Shown here: positions 38,630 through 52,288 of the stretch, piece after piece
How the letters are laid out: each line of letters opens with the position of its first letter
How positions within the stretch are numbered: the first letter of the stretch is position 1
Made by a program: the position numbers and the translations under genes
Assembly: GCA_026770705.1 (NCBI GenBank)
Contig: JANJGN010000021.1
Location: 98,022,001 to 98,086,000, forward strand
Direction of reading: 5' to 3'
Source of the DNA: Isurus oxyrinchus
Taxonomy: Eukaryota
Length of the DNA stretch: 64,000 nt
Notes under the pieces: model-generated
The model's database searches: none
Told to the model about the DNA's origin: nothing
The model's input: only the letters and a program-made list of their open reading frames with translations

Positions 38630-40570
38630 CTGCAAAAAAGTGGATAAAGTAACCAACTCCGTTCTTTCATAAAATAAAGACTAGATAGTTCGAAATTGCT
38701 TTATACAAAATTTTAAAAATAAATAACACCGATTTCCCCTTCTCTTAACTGTGAAAATTGGAATCTCAAAAGGTTTAATTATTTAGCGATACACTAGGAA
38801 AATAAATCTGCAATTTTTCTCTTTGAAAATGATTGTTCCCACAGAATGACGTTGTTCCCTTTAGCTTACATCAATCCATAAATATTTTTTGTTCGAAATA
38901 TCGTTTAACACACAGTTAAAGGGACTTGTAAACCAATATCCCTGCACACCTTGGTTAAATATTACTCAGCGGTTCGGACGAGTGTTGAAAGTAGACTTCC
39001 AGTAGGGAGATCTGAATGGTTTTCATATCATTGTTTCTCGTAACTCCTCCTCCCTACTAAAACAATAATGTTGGACGGCTACCAATGGTACAAACTACTC
39101 GAATTACCAAAAACTGTCTTAGAGGATGGGAAAGAACTTTGTAAGATTCTGCTCTATGTAACTTGCATACGATCTTCAAAGTACCAAGATCCATTTAGGC
39201 GATGTATGAATTGTTATCACCACGTTGGCGACTGCCCACATTACATTTTTTAAAAAGTGCAATAATTGCTGGAAGGAATATAATTTTAGAACGTACAGAA
39301 GACGAATTCCGAAAGTCACGATGATAGCTGAATGGGCGGAAGTGAGAATTGTAGTAGAACTTCTGAAATTGCAGAGGATGAACTACAATGGCTGAAAGTG
39401 CGCTATCTAGTTTGAAATTTAAAAGGGGCTGTCAGGGAACATTACACGAGAGCAATGGGTGATCTTTAAGGAGGAAATATTTCAAGGACCAGTTAAGTGC
39501 ATTCCAAGAAGGCAATAAGGTAGTGAAAATCAATGACAGGGCACACTGCAGTCAGAGGAAGGCAGACAATGCAAGAAAAAAAATATTGTGACATATGCAA
39601 GATGCAAATAATTAATCTGCCGAGGTCAGGCGCTTGGCCTCTAAGCCAGTAAAGGCTTAGGTGTAGAAGGTGGAAAAGTAAATGTAGGACTAATGCTGAA
39701 ACAAAACTGCATTCAAATGCAGAGCACGTTCGAGGGGCTGTACTCCTGCTTCCTTGTTAAGTGAAGAAGTGAGTTGCTACCCTGTAAAGTCTCGGCATCC
39801 AACATTACTTCTGAAATATCAGTATATATATGGCTACTGCAGATGATTACTATTGACTTCATTTTTAATCGGGCTCCTTGAAGCCAAATCAGTTAATAGG
39901 TAGTTTGATGTCAATGGTTATCAATTTCACCTCATATCTTCCCTTGAACACTTTTGTCCTTGTGTTGTAGAAATGAGGTCAGGAGCTGAGCTGCTCTGGC
40001 GAAATTAATCTGAGCATCAGTCAGCAGGTTATTTCGCTGCAAGCGCTGCTTGATAGAAATGGCGAGGGCATCTTGCAAGATTTCACTGTTGGTTTAGCAA
40101 TAGCTTGATGAGGTGGTGATTAGCTGAATTAGATTTATTAATTCTTAACTTTTGTCTTCCATATCTGTTAAAAAAAACCTTTGAAACCCCGATAATTATC
40201 CCATAAATGCCCTGCAAGCGGTCCTTCCCATCTAAACTGTAGTTTCTCCAGAATAAATCTAGGCGTTCCTTCTTAAAGTGGGGCAACAAAAATAATGTTC
40301 AACCCACGTCGTCTGACGCATTTCAAAATTGTTCCTTTCAAAACAATAGTCCAGTTAAATATCAGGATAGATACAGTCTGCCATTAACAGTACCCTGCAA
40401 TGCAAGCACCTCTCAAGAAAATTCTTGCAGATGTTCACCGCTATTTTTCCCAAACTCTTGTGCCCTGTAACTTACACCAAGTACCGTATTAGTTCGCTTG
40501 TTGCAATTTGCATTCGTCATTGGCAGAACGCAAGTGGAATGATCTGGCAAAAGTTATATTATTTCAACAC

Positions 40571-40821
40571 AAACAAAAGCAAAATTTGCTGTAAAAACTC
40601 AGCAGGCCTGACAGCAACTGTGGAGAGGAAGACAGGGACAACGCTTCGAGTCCGTATGACTCTTTATCAGAACAGGTGTCCTGTTGCTCTGATTAAGAAT
40701 CATACAGTCTCGAAGCGTTGGCTCTGTCTTCCTCTCCACAGGTGCTGTCAGACATGCTGAGTTTTTCCAGCAATGATTGTTTTTGATTCAGATTTCGACC
40801 AGCCGCAGTATTTTGCTTTTA
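40571..40821. mobile_element. Miniature palindromic PLE pseudo-LTR element (non-coding)
   Basis: 40571-40676 is an imperfect reverse complement of ~40680-40786; both arms resemble 11128-11232; only the right arm carries the tail (to 40821). Confidence 0.85.
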
Positions 40822-41499
40822 TGTTATGTCGAAGTTCATTAAAAGTATTCTTTCCGTACCCAACGCGGCATTGCGTTGAAGCCCATGCAGTAAAATCAAC
40901 ACAAACGTCCACATTCATTGTTTGGTGGTAATGAAATGCACTGGGTTCTTGTTGCTGAAGCTGATGATTTGCTGCATGAGCTACATGATCACTGATGCAG
41001 ATTCTTTCAACTTTCTGGTGCATTTAGAAGCCACGATAAAAATGCAAACGCCCAAATTTAAAATTTATGGACGTTTCAGCTATATATCAATTGCTCGCCA
41101 CAAAGGCATCAGCTCCGAGAGCATTCTCAAGGCGTAATTTATTGAAGGAAAAACATTTTGGATATGAATATAAAACGTCATAGAATCACAGAAATTCACC
41201 GCGCACCCCCACCCCCTCCCCACCACCCTCCTCCCCCCGGCACCCGCCCCCACCCCTCTTTCCGATCCTGACCTCAGCACCATATTCTTTACCAATCTCC
41301 ATATGCCTTCAATCACCTTGAAAATTTAAATATGTCATGGTCACCCTTCAATATCCTCATCGTCTGAGTATCCATAGCCGTCTGAACTAGAGAGTTCCAA
41401 ATTCCCGTTAAACGTGCATAAATTGCAATGAAGATAGTGACGACAGATACTTTATTGGCATCTATGATGGCAGTTTGGCAATAGTTAACAGTATCATTT

Positions 41500-42490
41500 T
41501 TTTTTTCAATTTACCCCAGATTCCAAAGTGTTACCAATGGATTGTAAGGCACTTTTGTTAAAAAAAAATAAGAGTGGGAGAGATTATAGTGAAACACAGG
41601 CCCAACTGTTTAAAATAAATCGTCTTGGAAGTTCTGGAAACGATTATTAATGAAGGAGGTGACAGGGCAGTTAGAAAATCATGATATAATTAGACAGATT
41701 TAATATATTTTGGCGTAGTTAAAACTGTCTTTATAAACAGCTTTTCTATTTGGTGACTATCTAAGTAACAAGCGTAGGAAGCAATTGGAACCAGGAGAAG
41801 TAGCATATGTGAATTTTCAGAAAGCTTTCAGTAAGTGGCCACATGGAACATAATTAAAGAAGATTGGTGGTATGGAAGCTGAGGGAAATGTATTGTAACA
41901 TATACAAGATTGGTTAAAGAACAGAAATAATAATTCGGAGTTGAAATGTCATTTTCAGGCAGGCGGGTTCTTGCGGGTGAACTGCCACAATGCTCACTGC
42001 TGGGACCTTATCCATTTAAAAGCTATGCATGTGCATAGCTATGCATGATATATATGCATTTATATAGATAAGAGAGACAGATAGAGAGAGATTAAATGAG
42101 TAAGCTGGAGGGTGAAAGATGGAGCATAATAGGAAAAATGTGAGGCTGTTATTTGGCGGGAAGGATAGAAAAAAATGTTGTTATTAATTCAATACTAAAA
42201 ACGGTTAATGTTGGCATTGAAAGTGATTTGCTGCTCTTCTCTAAGAAACATTGAATGTTAACATGCAACAGCAACAGCAAATGGCGAATGATCCTTTATT
42301 TCCTGGGGTGGGCTTGGGGGTGGGGGTGGAGGGGTGGGTGTGGGGTGGTGGTTGTGTGGTGGGTGGGTGAGGTAGGGGGTGAGGTTGGAGATTGTCCTGA
42401 TAAGGAAGATATGCAGCAATCGCTGTTCAATGGTTTTTAAAAAGAAACATTTATTTGAGAAGAAATTGAAACTTTTTGAGTTGTTAAATG
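41500..42490 (+). mobile_element. Decayed CR1 RT fragment with simple-repeat interruptions
   Basis: YVNFQKAFSKWPHGT and ELPQCSLLGPYPF remnants. Confidence 0.65.
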
Positions 42491-42997
42491 GATCACGCAT
42501 TGGAATTGCCAAGCCACAGAGCACGCTGTGTATACATCAGCCAATAAAAGAAAGGAAAACCATGTAGTTTCATATTTTTAACAGATATATTATAAATAGG
42601 AATCTATAAGGATAGCGCATCTCAGACAATAAATTTCCAATTTATGCATTCAGTTCTGCGTGTGAAGCAGCTGGAACTTTCTGTCCGATTTTTAAGTTAA
42701 CAATAGTTATTGTTGTTCATCTGGACTCTAGTTTTAACGAAAGGACGAAATAAAAAAAACCTAAGTCTCTTATCAGACATTAATATGTAACAACTCTTTT
42801 CCTTGTGTTGTACGCTTAAATATTATGACAAGTTCTAACCAAAAAAAACACATTGGGGAGGCATTTAACTTCAAGTTTCAGCAACAAGTCGACTAAACTG
42901 TTGCCCCACTAAATATTCTCTTTGCAGTCAATGTACAAACCGCACAGAACTTTGATTGAAAATGTATTATTTTAGTGAGCAGAATTGCAAGATTTCC

Positions 42998-43545
42998 ATC
43001 ATAGAGTCACGTCGTAATTTTGGCACAGAACGAGGCCATTCGAGACATCAAGGGCATGCTAACTCCGAGGTTGGCAGTCAGTTCCATGCCCCACTCGTCG
43101 CCCTAGCCCCTCAAGTTTTCTTCCTTTAACTACCCATTAGCTTTTATTTTCAAAGACTTGTTTGATTCCGCTTCCACCACTCTAATCCACTGAGAGTTCG
43201 ACCTCATTGACACCTGCTGCATTTAACAAAAATCTCACATCCTCCTTGCATCTCTTACCCAGAATTATAAACCCATATCACTAATCCTTATAACCATCAT
43301 CCAATACTAAGAAATTGCCCCTGTCTACCTCATGTAAAACGGTCATAGTGCTGTAAACATCTATGAAATCTCTCCTCAATTTCTTTTGTTCAAAGGAGAA
43401 AAAATAATAGCCTTTCCAAGCAAAACCGCCACCTCCAATCCATGAAACGATTGTGGTAAATCTGCATCGCACCATCCCACGGACGTCACATATTTTCGAA
43501 AGTAATGTGACCAGAACGTGTCCGCAATGCTGAAGCTGGGACCAA
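42998..43545 (-). mobile_element. Decayed CR1 3' end
   Basis: FFSFEQKKLRRDFIDVYSTM (ORF 43281-43475); tail gactctatgatg near 43000. Confidence 0.75.
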
Positions 43546-44193
43546 CTTGCAGCACAGGATACGGTGACGTCGTATTGGTAACGTCGAGAAACAGGCTGAT
43601 ATACTGGGACCGGGGTTCAAATCACCCGACGGCATGTCGCAAAAGCTGGTTTCGGTGGACATGAAACTAATACCTGTTCCTTTTATGCAAGTAAATCTAC
43701 TGTCAGTTCCCGGTCTAGCTTACATGCAGCACAGTAATAACGCTTAACTGCCCGCTGTCTTGGCCTACAAAGGCATTGAGTTCAAGGTCAAAGAGGGAAG
43801 AGCTGCAGACGCTGGCCTTGACGGTGACGTCCGCACCCCTCACTAATAACAAAACAATGCATGGGTTCAGCATAACTTTCCTGCTTCTCTGCTCAACAAC
43901 TCTATTTATTGAAGACTGGGTCACAAATGCTTTTCTGTCCACTCGCAATATTTTCCTAAATAACTGAGGAGATCATTAGTAAACGTGGAGATCTTCAAAC
44001 ACCAACGAATACGGCATTTTTTGCCTATTCATTGCATAGTGAATATGTTGGAAACTGAGATGCTTTTGTATTGTTGAGATAATAAAATAAGAGTTGAATA
44101 TCAAACAAATGAAAACAAATATCTACCATTTTTAAACAAGCAGACTATATCGTCTGCGGGGAGGTGATGGGGAGGACAATTAGGTATGGGGTA

Positions 44194-44513
44194 GGTGATG
44201 GCATTGTGCTGTTGTCGCTGGACTAGTAATCCAAAGACCCCGGGTCTCGAATTCCGTCACGGCAGATGATCGATTTTAATTTCAATATAAGTCTAGAATA
44301 AAGAAACGTAAAGCTGATTGCTATAAAGGCCATCTGGTTCAATAATGCCGTTTTGGGAATTAAATTTCTGCAGTCCTTACCTGGTCTGGTTTAGCCGACA
44401 TGTGTCATTAGGCCCACAGCAATTTGCTTGACACTGAAATGTCCTCCGAACAAAGCCGTTTAGGGATGGCCAATAAAAGCCAGTGACGCCCACAACTCAT
44501 GAACGTATAAAAA
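44194..44513 (+). mobile_element. tRNA-derived SINE (SacSINE1/DeuSINE-like), near full length
   Basis: gatggcattgtg..gctggactagtaatccaaaga..ggtctcgaattcc head; tagggatggccaataaaagccagtgacgcccac..ataaaaa tail. Confidence 0.85.
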
Positions 44514-44563
44514 TGCTATAATTAAGTTAAACAATTGCAGCGCTACTGTTCATAATTAATTAC

Positions 44564-44630
44564 CTGGAACACCTACGCGACAATTATGAGATAATAAATG
44601 CATTTAGCTAAAGTATTGTTGACCGTCACG
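44564..44630 (-). pseudogene. Probable exon 1 of GPCR pseudogene B
   Basis: Minus: KCIYYLIIV(A, 1-nt deletion)VGVP G|GTAATT; same phase-1 donor position as exon 1 of gene A; no ATG retained. Confidence 0.7.
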
Positions 44631-45242
44631 TTGAATGAAATGCTTAATGTTATCGGGCTGTTTATCAACAGACAATTTTTTTGATATTAAAGCAGTCATG
44701 CGTTTATGCCTTTGGGAAATCTCAAAATATGCACGTAGGTTGCACAATACTTGGCACAAGTCACAGACATTTGACTGAACAGACTGGCGTTTGGTCTATT
44801 CTTAAGTTGAACAGGCAGGAAATATCTTTTGGCATTTGTCTATACCATTGTAAAAATAACTCACAGGTAGACTACGAGTTTGACGGGGTTTTTTTTTCAG
44901 AATGAAAAGGTTTAAGACGAATAATTTTCCAATCATGGATTTGTCATCATCAGCTCCAAACTTTAATTTTGGCAAATATCTCAAGCTGTCAATCATACAT
45001 CTCACACATTTGAAGAAACAAGCACCATTGTTGAATTGAGATGAGCTCAAACCAATTTTGCAGAGAATAGGAAAAAAGTGCTGAGGGGAAATTGTTGCCG
45101 AATGGCACAATGGGAACCTTTTCTTCCCCTTCGTTTGTTCCATGAAGTGTCCAAAGCGGAGCATATTCTCCATTGGAACATGAGGAAAACCGTGAAGCCG
45201 ATTGTTCTTGTTTGTTTTACCCAGACTTTGATGATCAATTAC

Positions 45243-47730
45243 AGATCATAGAGTCATGGAGTTCTACAACACATAAAAAATCCCTTCGATCCATCGATTC
45301 TGCGCCGGTCAAACAAGTACCCAACTATTTTAATCCCATTTTACAGCAGTAGCCCCATAGCATTGTATGCTATGGCATCACAAGTGCACATTCAAATACC
45401 TCTTAAATGTTCTGAGGGTTACTGCCTCTGCCACCCTTTTAGGCAGTGAGTTCCACATCCCCACCATGCTCTGGCTGAAAAATTCTTTCTCACATACCCT
45501 CTAAGCCTCCTGCCCCTTACGTTAAATCTATGACCTCCTGGTTATTTATCACTCCACCAAGGGTAAAAGTTCCTTCCTGTCTACCCCATCTAAACGCCTC
45601 ATAATTTTATACACTTCGATCATGTGCCCCTGTCCTCTGCTCCAGGAAAAATAACCCCAGTCCATCAAATCTTTCCTCATAACTAAAACTATCCTGCCCA
45701 GGCACCATTCTGGTAAGCTTCATCTGCACTCCCTGCAATGCAATCGCACCCTTTTTATAACCCGATTTCCAGAACTGAAGGTAATAATCTAGCTGTGGCC
45801 TTACCAGCCTTTTATGCAGTTCTGGCATAACCTCCCTGCTCTTATCATCTATACCTTGGTTAATAAAGACAAATATCCTATATGCCTTCTTAACCACCTT
45901 AACTACTTGTCCTGCTAACTTAAGGGGCTGGTGCACATTTACACCAAGGTCCCTTCGGTTCTCAGTACTCCCCAGGGTCCTACCATTCATCATGTATTCC
46001 GGTGCCTTTTCCGCCCTGCGCAAGTGCATCTCCTCACACTTATCCGGATTAAATTCAATTTGCCACTGATCAGCCCATCTGACTAGCCCAGCTATATCCT
46101 CCTGTAATCAAAGGCTATGCTCCTCACTATTTACCACCCTACCAATTTTCATGTCCACCACAAACATACTGATTAATCCTCCTAAATTCAAGCCTCAATC
46201 GTTTATGTATACCACAAACAGCAAGGGGCCCAAAACCGAACTGTGTGGACCCCCATTGGACACAAGCATCCAGTCACAAAAACACGCATCGACATTCACA
46301 TTCTGCTTCCTGCGACTCAGCCAATCCTGAATCCAATTTGCCAAATTGCCTAGGATCCCATGGGCTCTTACCTTCGTTATCAGTCTCCCATGTGGGCCCT
46401 TATCAAAAGCCTTGCTGAAGTCCAAGTAGACCATATTAAATGTGTTGCCCTCATCTACACACATGGTAACCTCTTTGAAAAATTCAAACAAATTGGTCAG
46501 ACATGACCTCCCCTTAACAAAATCATGCTGACTGCACTTGAATAACCCCGGCCTTTCCAAGTGTGGATTAATTCTGTCCCTCAGAATTGCTCCCAATAGC
46601 CGTTCCACCACTGATGTTATACCGACTGGTCTGTAGTTTCTTGGTTTATCCCTTCTTCCCTTCCTGAAGAACGGTGCCACATTGGCTGTCCTTAAGTGCT
46701 CTGGCACGTCTCCTGTGGAGAGAGCTGTACTGAAAATTCTTGTCAGCGTCCCCTGCTACCTACTAACTTGCCTCACTCAACAGCCTATGATACATTGCAT
46801 TAGGATCTGGAGATTTATCTAATTTTAAGCCTCACAGGCCACTTACAACCTCTTCCCTTTCTATGCTATTTTCTTTCATTATATCACAGATCTTCTGCCT
46901 GATTTCCATACCAATGTCCTCTATCTCACTTGTGAATGCCAACGGAAAGTATTCATTTCGAATGCGACGTATGCCTTCAGGCTCCGTACACAAATTAACA
47001 CTATAGTCCTTAATGGGACATGTTCTTTCCCTAGTTATCTTCTTACTCTAAATGTACTTGTCCTTTATTTTACCTGCCAAATATTATTTCATGCCCACTT
47101 TTTGCTCTCCTAATTTCCCCCCTACACATTCTATCCTCCTCCAGGGCTTCCGTTGTTTTCCGCCCCCCGTTTCTGCCATAAGCCTCCACTTTTCTGTTAA
47201 TCCAGTCGTGTATATTCCTCGACAACCTGGGTTCCCTAGATTTGTTCGTCTGATCATTTGTTTTTACTGGAATATGTTGACCCTGTACTCTCCCCATTTC
47301 CTTCTTGAAGGTGACCCAATGCTCTGACGCAGGTTTACCTAAATGTAGCTGCTCCCAGTTCAATTTAGACAAATCATATCTGATATTATTACATCTGCCT
47401 TTCCCCAACTTAGAACTCTGATTTCTGGCCCTTCCTTGCCCTTTTCCATATCAACCTTGAATCTAACGGAGTTATGATCACTATCTGCAAAACGCTCTCC
47501 CATTGATTCATTTACCACTTGCTCGGCTTCATTCTCTAAAACTGATTCCAGGACAGCCTCCCTCCCTTGTAAAGCACTCGGGGTTCTAGCCTCTAATCTA
47601 CCACAATATTACTAACCCAGTTAAAGTTGGGGAAGTTGAAATCCCCCACTATTACTAACTTATTATTTTTATGCTTCTCTTAATTTTGCCTGTTATATAT
47701 GCTCTTCTATTTCCCTCTTACTGTTTGGGG
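45243..47730 (-). mobile_element. CR1 LINE, best-preserved copy (~2.5 kb: end of endonuclease, RT, 3' UTR)
   Basis: GDFNFPNFNW (~47615-47650), ANVAPFFRKG..NYRPVGITS, QHDFVKGRSCLTNL, VYLDFSKAFDKGPH, SVLGPLLFVVYIND, LVRPQLDYYLQFW; 3' ccatgactctatgatct tail. Confidence 0.95.
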
Positions 47731-48149
47731 GGATCGATTATGCTCTACCATAAACCTGCTGAATTAAAGAACAACGTATATGATGCTCTTTCTAATGTTT
47801 CGTGGATAGAACATTGTCTCACCAAACATTTTTTTTTACACGCTGTGCAATTTTCGCTGCCAGGGAAGGATTTCGATTGCATTCATTTTCGAATATTTGG
47901 CTGATTTCAGCGTCCATTCACCTGATCATAAAAAGGCGGTTAGTTGATTAACGGTTATTTTCTCTTAATATAATTAACTCTTAAGCAAGATGTCTAACGT
48001 GACTTGTGTGATTAAGTTTATCTTAAATATATTATTACCATTACAGTGGTCCGGTCTGTAGACCCAGTAAAAGTGAGAGCAGTTTATATTCTTCAGCTTC
48101 AAACTTAATTTCCTGATTAGATAACCACTAATTAGGCCTGAAGCAAATG

Positions 48150-48975
48150 TTATCATTTTTTTCTGGACCTTTTGAAAAATTCCAAATGGCTTTTTCACTG
48201 TTAAGAGCTGCAAGACACTCAACGCGACGATTGCAGCTTCATTTCAACGGAAAGGCCTTAATCAGTGCGTTCAATAATAGTGTGACCTTGAGATTATTCT
48301 GGCCACTGCAGCGGTCTCCAACACCGGACAGATGTATTTTTTCAAGCAGCATGTTGACTCGACTTTACCGACATCGAATGTCTCCCAACAAGTGGCTTCA
48401 GATTTTAATTATGAACACTAACCTGAAGCCGCACATTTCACGCTGCATATTATTGCTTGCCTTGAACCTTCCGCATCTCACCTTTTCCAAAAGCTCTCAG
48501 CCATGATATTATTATTCTAGCATTGAATATTGTAGCATGTTCCTGGCTGGCCTACTAAGGCCACCGTCGGTAAAATGTCACAGTTAAAACTTACAGTGCA
48601 TTTCATTACTCTCATGATACTCCCATTCATACCTCGATCCTTTTTCATTGGCAGACATTGGCTTCCTGTAATGCAGAAACTCGATCGAAGTGTTTCATCC
48701 TTTTTTGTAATTCACCGCATTGTGTTGCCCTTTTCAAACTCTCTAATCTCTGATGACTCTACAACACTGTGGAATATTTGCCATCGCCTGGTGGTATATC
48801 CCAGTTTTAATTGTTCTACCATTGTTTGTTGTGCTTTTAGCTTCCTGCCTCCTACGATGTGAAATGTGTTGCCTACGTTTTGTTTTTCTCTATTTTCTGT
48901 GAGTTAACCATGGTTCTTCTTTGACGACGTCCCTTAAAACCTTCATTTTGTACAAATATTCTGTCACTGTTTTAA
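48150..48975 (+). mobile_element. Decayed L2-clade LINE 3' region
   Basis: SSIEYCSMFLAGL, RHWLPVMQKLD and TSLKTFILYK remnants correspond to L2 SRLDYCN.LLAGL / LHWLPV..RI / LKTYLF. Confidence 0.7.
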
Positions 48976-49229
48976 TATTTCCTTAAATATCCAGATGTCA
49001 TACTTAATTTTAGAATACGCTTATGATATTTTCTTGCATCATGTTCTACACTGATGAGCCTTTACATTTTCACACATAATTTTCTTTATTTTTTCCTTTC
49101 CACTACCTGTATCCGTCGAGCACATGTGATAGCGGGACATCATAGTGCTCCAACATTTGTCCTCACGGAGTTCCATGCACTGATGCAATGAAACGCAGAC
49201 TCTCTACATGATACGCATTAGATACAAAA

Positions 49230-52200
49230 GTGGAACAGATGTAATATCACTGGAGTAGTAATCAAGATGCCCAGGCTAAAATTATGCAGAAATGAGTTCA
49301 TATCCCACTACGGCAGCTGATGGAAGGTAACTTCAACTAAAAACGTGGTCTCAATAATGACGAAGACAACTATATTCGACTGTTGTAAAAACGCAACTAC
49401 CTCAGTAATGCTCGTAGGAAACCCACTGCCCTTACTTGCTTTGGGATGACTGAGACTTCAGACCCACAAAAACACGCTTGTCTTCAGAAAACGCCGAGCA
49501 AGCCAGCTATATGTTCAAAGTCGCTACAGAAAAGTCAAAAGGGAGTGAAACTATACAAACCACCGGGCATCGACTTAAGCAACGGAAAAGTCAAAGACAT
49601 ACACAGCACCATAAACCTCGCAAAGTTCTTCCGACTACCTTCTTAGTGGGGATGTGCCTGAAGTAAGAGAGCTGTTCCATAGAATAGTTAAGACGCAGCC
49701 TGACATTTCCATACTCAGAACATCTGGCAATACATCTCACATGGGCTACCATTACCATCCATTTGCATATCCTAACCCACAAGCAGGGCAAGCCAAACAG
49801 AGCCGCTAGCTGACGGCATGCAGTTGGGGGGAAACTGTCCTGGAAGTCCTCAACGTTTGGCACAATCACATCTCAAACCTGGGCAATGACACATTCAACG
49901 GATTATCACAGCTCCCTCAACTACTGATTCAGTGTACCTCCAGCATGAATTCCACTTGCTGGAAGCACTGAGGTTGACAAGGGCACATAATATACTCCGT
50001 CTGGTTGAACTTCAATGTATATCACCAAGGGGGAATCGGTGGTATCACGAATGATCGAGCTGGTCGTTTCCTCAAAGGTATGCCTGTCACATTGGGCCTG
50101 GGACAAGACAGAGGGGAAAAAAAGATGAGATCTTGTCCTCGCCAACCCAAATGTCAAAGTTGCATCATGACAGTAGAATTAGGACTAACGGCTGCACAGT
50201 CCGTATGAAGTCGAAGACCCCTTTTCACACAGAGCATTTCCTTCCCTCGTGAGGTTTTGGACTAAGACCCTCATAAATGGGAATGATTCAGAAGAGATCA
50301 AGCTGCTCAAAATTGGGCTTCCAAGAGGGACTATAGGTTATCAGGAATAGAAGAAGTTGCATTCAAGCACAGCGAATAACTTCATGGTCCATCATTTCCA
50401 CCGTTTGACCACAACTATCAAAATCAAGGCACCAACCGTGATTCAATTAGGACTGGTGGAGCGCATGCCAGGAACAGACCAATGTATATCTAAAAGCAAC
50501 CCGTAAAGCTGATGAAGCGACAACACTTTCGTTCATGAAATGGAAACAGCATGGGATAGGCAAGGCTGAACATTGGCATAAACACGGAACAATTCAAAGC
50601 TCTGCAATGATGTAGGATCCCAGAACATAAGTCCAAAAGAGAAGGATGCAGACGTTTTGATCATCGTCTGTCAAACGTGCCCCCTTGTGATCCATCTAGG
50701 TCCCCTGCACAAGTTGCAAACTTCAAAGATGCCAAATTTCATCCAATTCGATTCACTCCACGTGGAATATAAAGCGGCTGAATACGGTAAATGCCAAGAG
50801 CTATGAAAAGGTCACAGTAATAGTGCTGAAAATTTGTACTAAAGAACTAGCCATACAGCTAGCCAGAATGCTGCAGTACAGCTACAAAATTGCCATGTAC
50901 AGAACAATATGGAACAAGTTCCCATGCATGGCAATCTAAACAAAAACAGAAGAAATCATGTCGGGCCAAGTACTGCACCGCACCCCCACAACCGCCCCCC
51001 CCCCCACCCCACTTCCCCCCCCCCCCCCTCCCCGCCCCCCAATCCTCATTATCGCGATGTGGAGAGTGTGATGAATCGACACTTATGCATCAATAATGGT
51101 GCTTGTTCCTGATCCCATTATTGGCTTGGTCCAAAGATAGACAAAGGAGCCGATTCCAAGACTGGGGTTGACAGCGATTGTTCTTGACATCTAGACGGCA
51201 TTTCATGGAAAGGGACATCAAGGAACCCTGGCAAAATTGAAATTCGCATGAATCTAGGACCAAAACTCTCCAAAAACTGGCTTCTTACCTAGCACAAAAA
51301 AAATTCTTTTTTTTGCTGTTGGAGACCAGCAAATTTAATCCTTGGTCATTGCTGCAGACATTTTTAGGGTGGTGTCCTAGGACCAATCATCGCCACCTGC
51401 TTCATCAAAGACCTTCTTTCCATCATAAGATCAGAAATGGGGGATGAACACTGATAATTCCTTAACGTTCAGTACCATTCTTGACTGCTCAGATGCGGAA
51501 CAAGGGGTTATCCAAAAGCTGTACGACCGAGGTAGCATTCGCCCTTGCGCCCTTCAATGTTGAATACCATTCGAGCCACAAAACGACCAATCAATGAACA
51601 CGTTCAACAAGAGAGAAAGTGACACGTTCCCTTTACATTAAATGGCATTACAATCATTCAATGTTCCTTTGGAACTTCAGAACTTTCTTGAAACAGCCAT
51701 TTAAACAGTAAAGTTTGAAGAGCAGTTCAGAGGTTGGGAATTCTGGGACGCAAAAAACAAGACGCATGTCGACGTCTCAAAGCCTGCCCATCATCGCGAA
51801 AATACAAGCCACGGCTTCCTTACCAGGACGCGTGTAGCTTTAGCATCACTCAAGTAACGCGATAGCATTCAGGGCAACACAACATGCCTCACATGCATTC
51901 TATTCACTCTCTCCACCAGCGAAATTTAGAGGCAGCAGTGCGTAACATATAAAAATACATTACATCAATTCAGCAATGTTTATTCGACAGCATAATTTAA
52001 AGCCGAGAACTCTGAAAATTAGATGGAAAAAATGTCAGCAGGCACATGAGCAGTCAACCACCTGCAATTTCCCCTCCAAAGACATATAGCATTATGACTT
52101 GAAGCTCTATCCTTCACTGTCGCGGGATCACATACATAAAGCCTTCCTAATATCAGTGTGTACCTGCATTAGTACGACTGCAGAAGGTCAAGCAACCGCC

Positions 52201-52288
52201 ATGCCACCGCCTTTTTTGGTGGTGAATTGGTATGGGCAAGAAACAATTGCCTTGCCAGCGCCAGCCACATCCCAGAAAAGAATAACAA
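49230..52288 (+). mobile_element. Decayed ~3 kb LINE with SINE-like tRNA-derived 5' head, endonuclease, RT and SINE-shared 3' tail
   Basis: Head 49230-49490 aligns to SINE 44194-44450; EN remnants (TQPDISILR, LNFNVYHQG, LVLANP); RT remnants (VLDI*TAFHGKGHQG, GGVLGPIIATCFIKDL); tail 52215-52288 matches the SINE tail. Confidence 0.75.

Noticed and set aside
42021-42040. 9-bp inverted repeat agctatgca-tg-tgcatagct
   Set aside because: Short, next to AT/AG microsatellite in a decayed CR1; likely a slippage or template-switch product.
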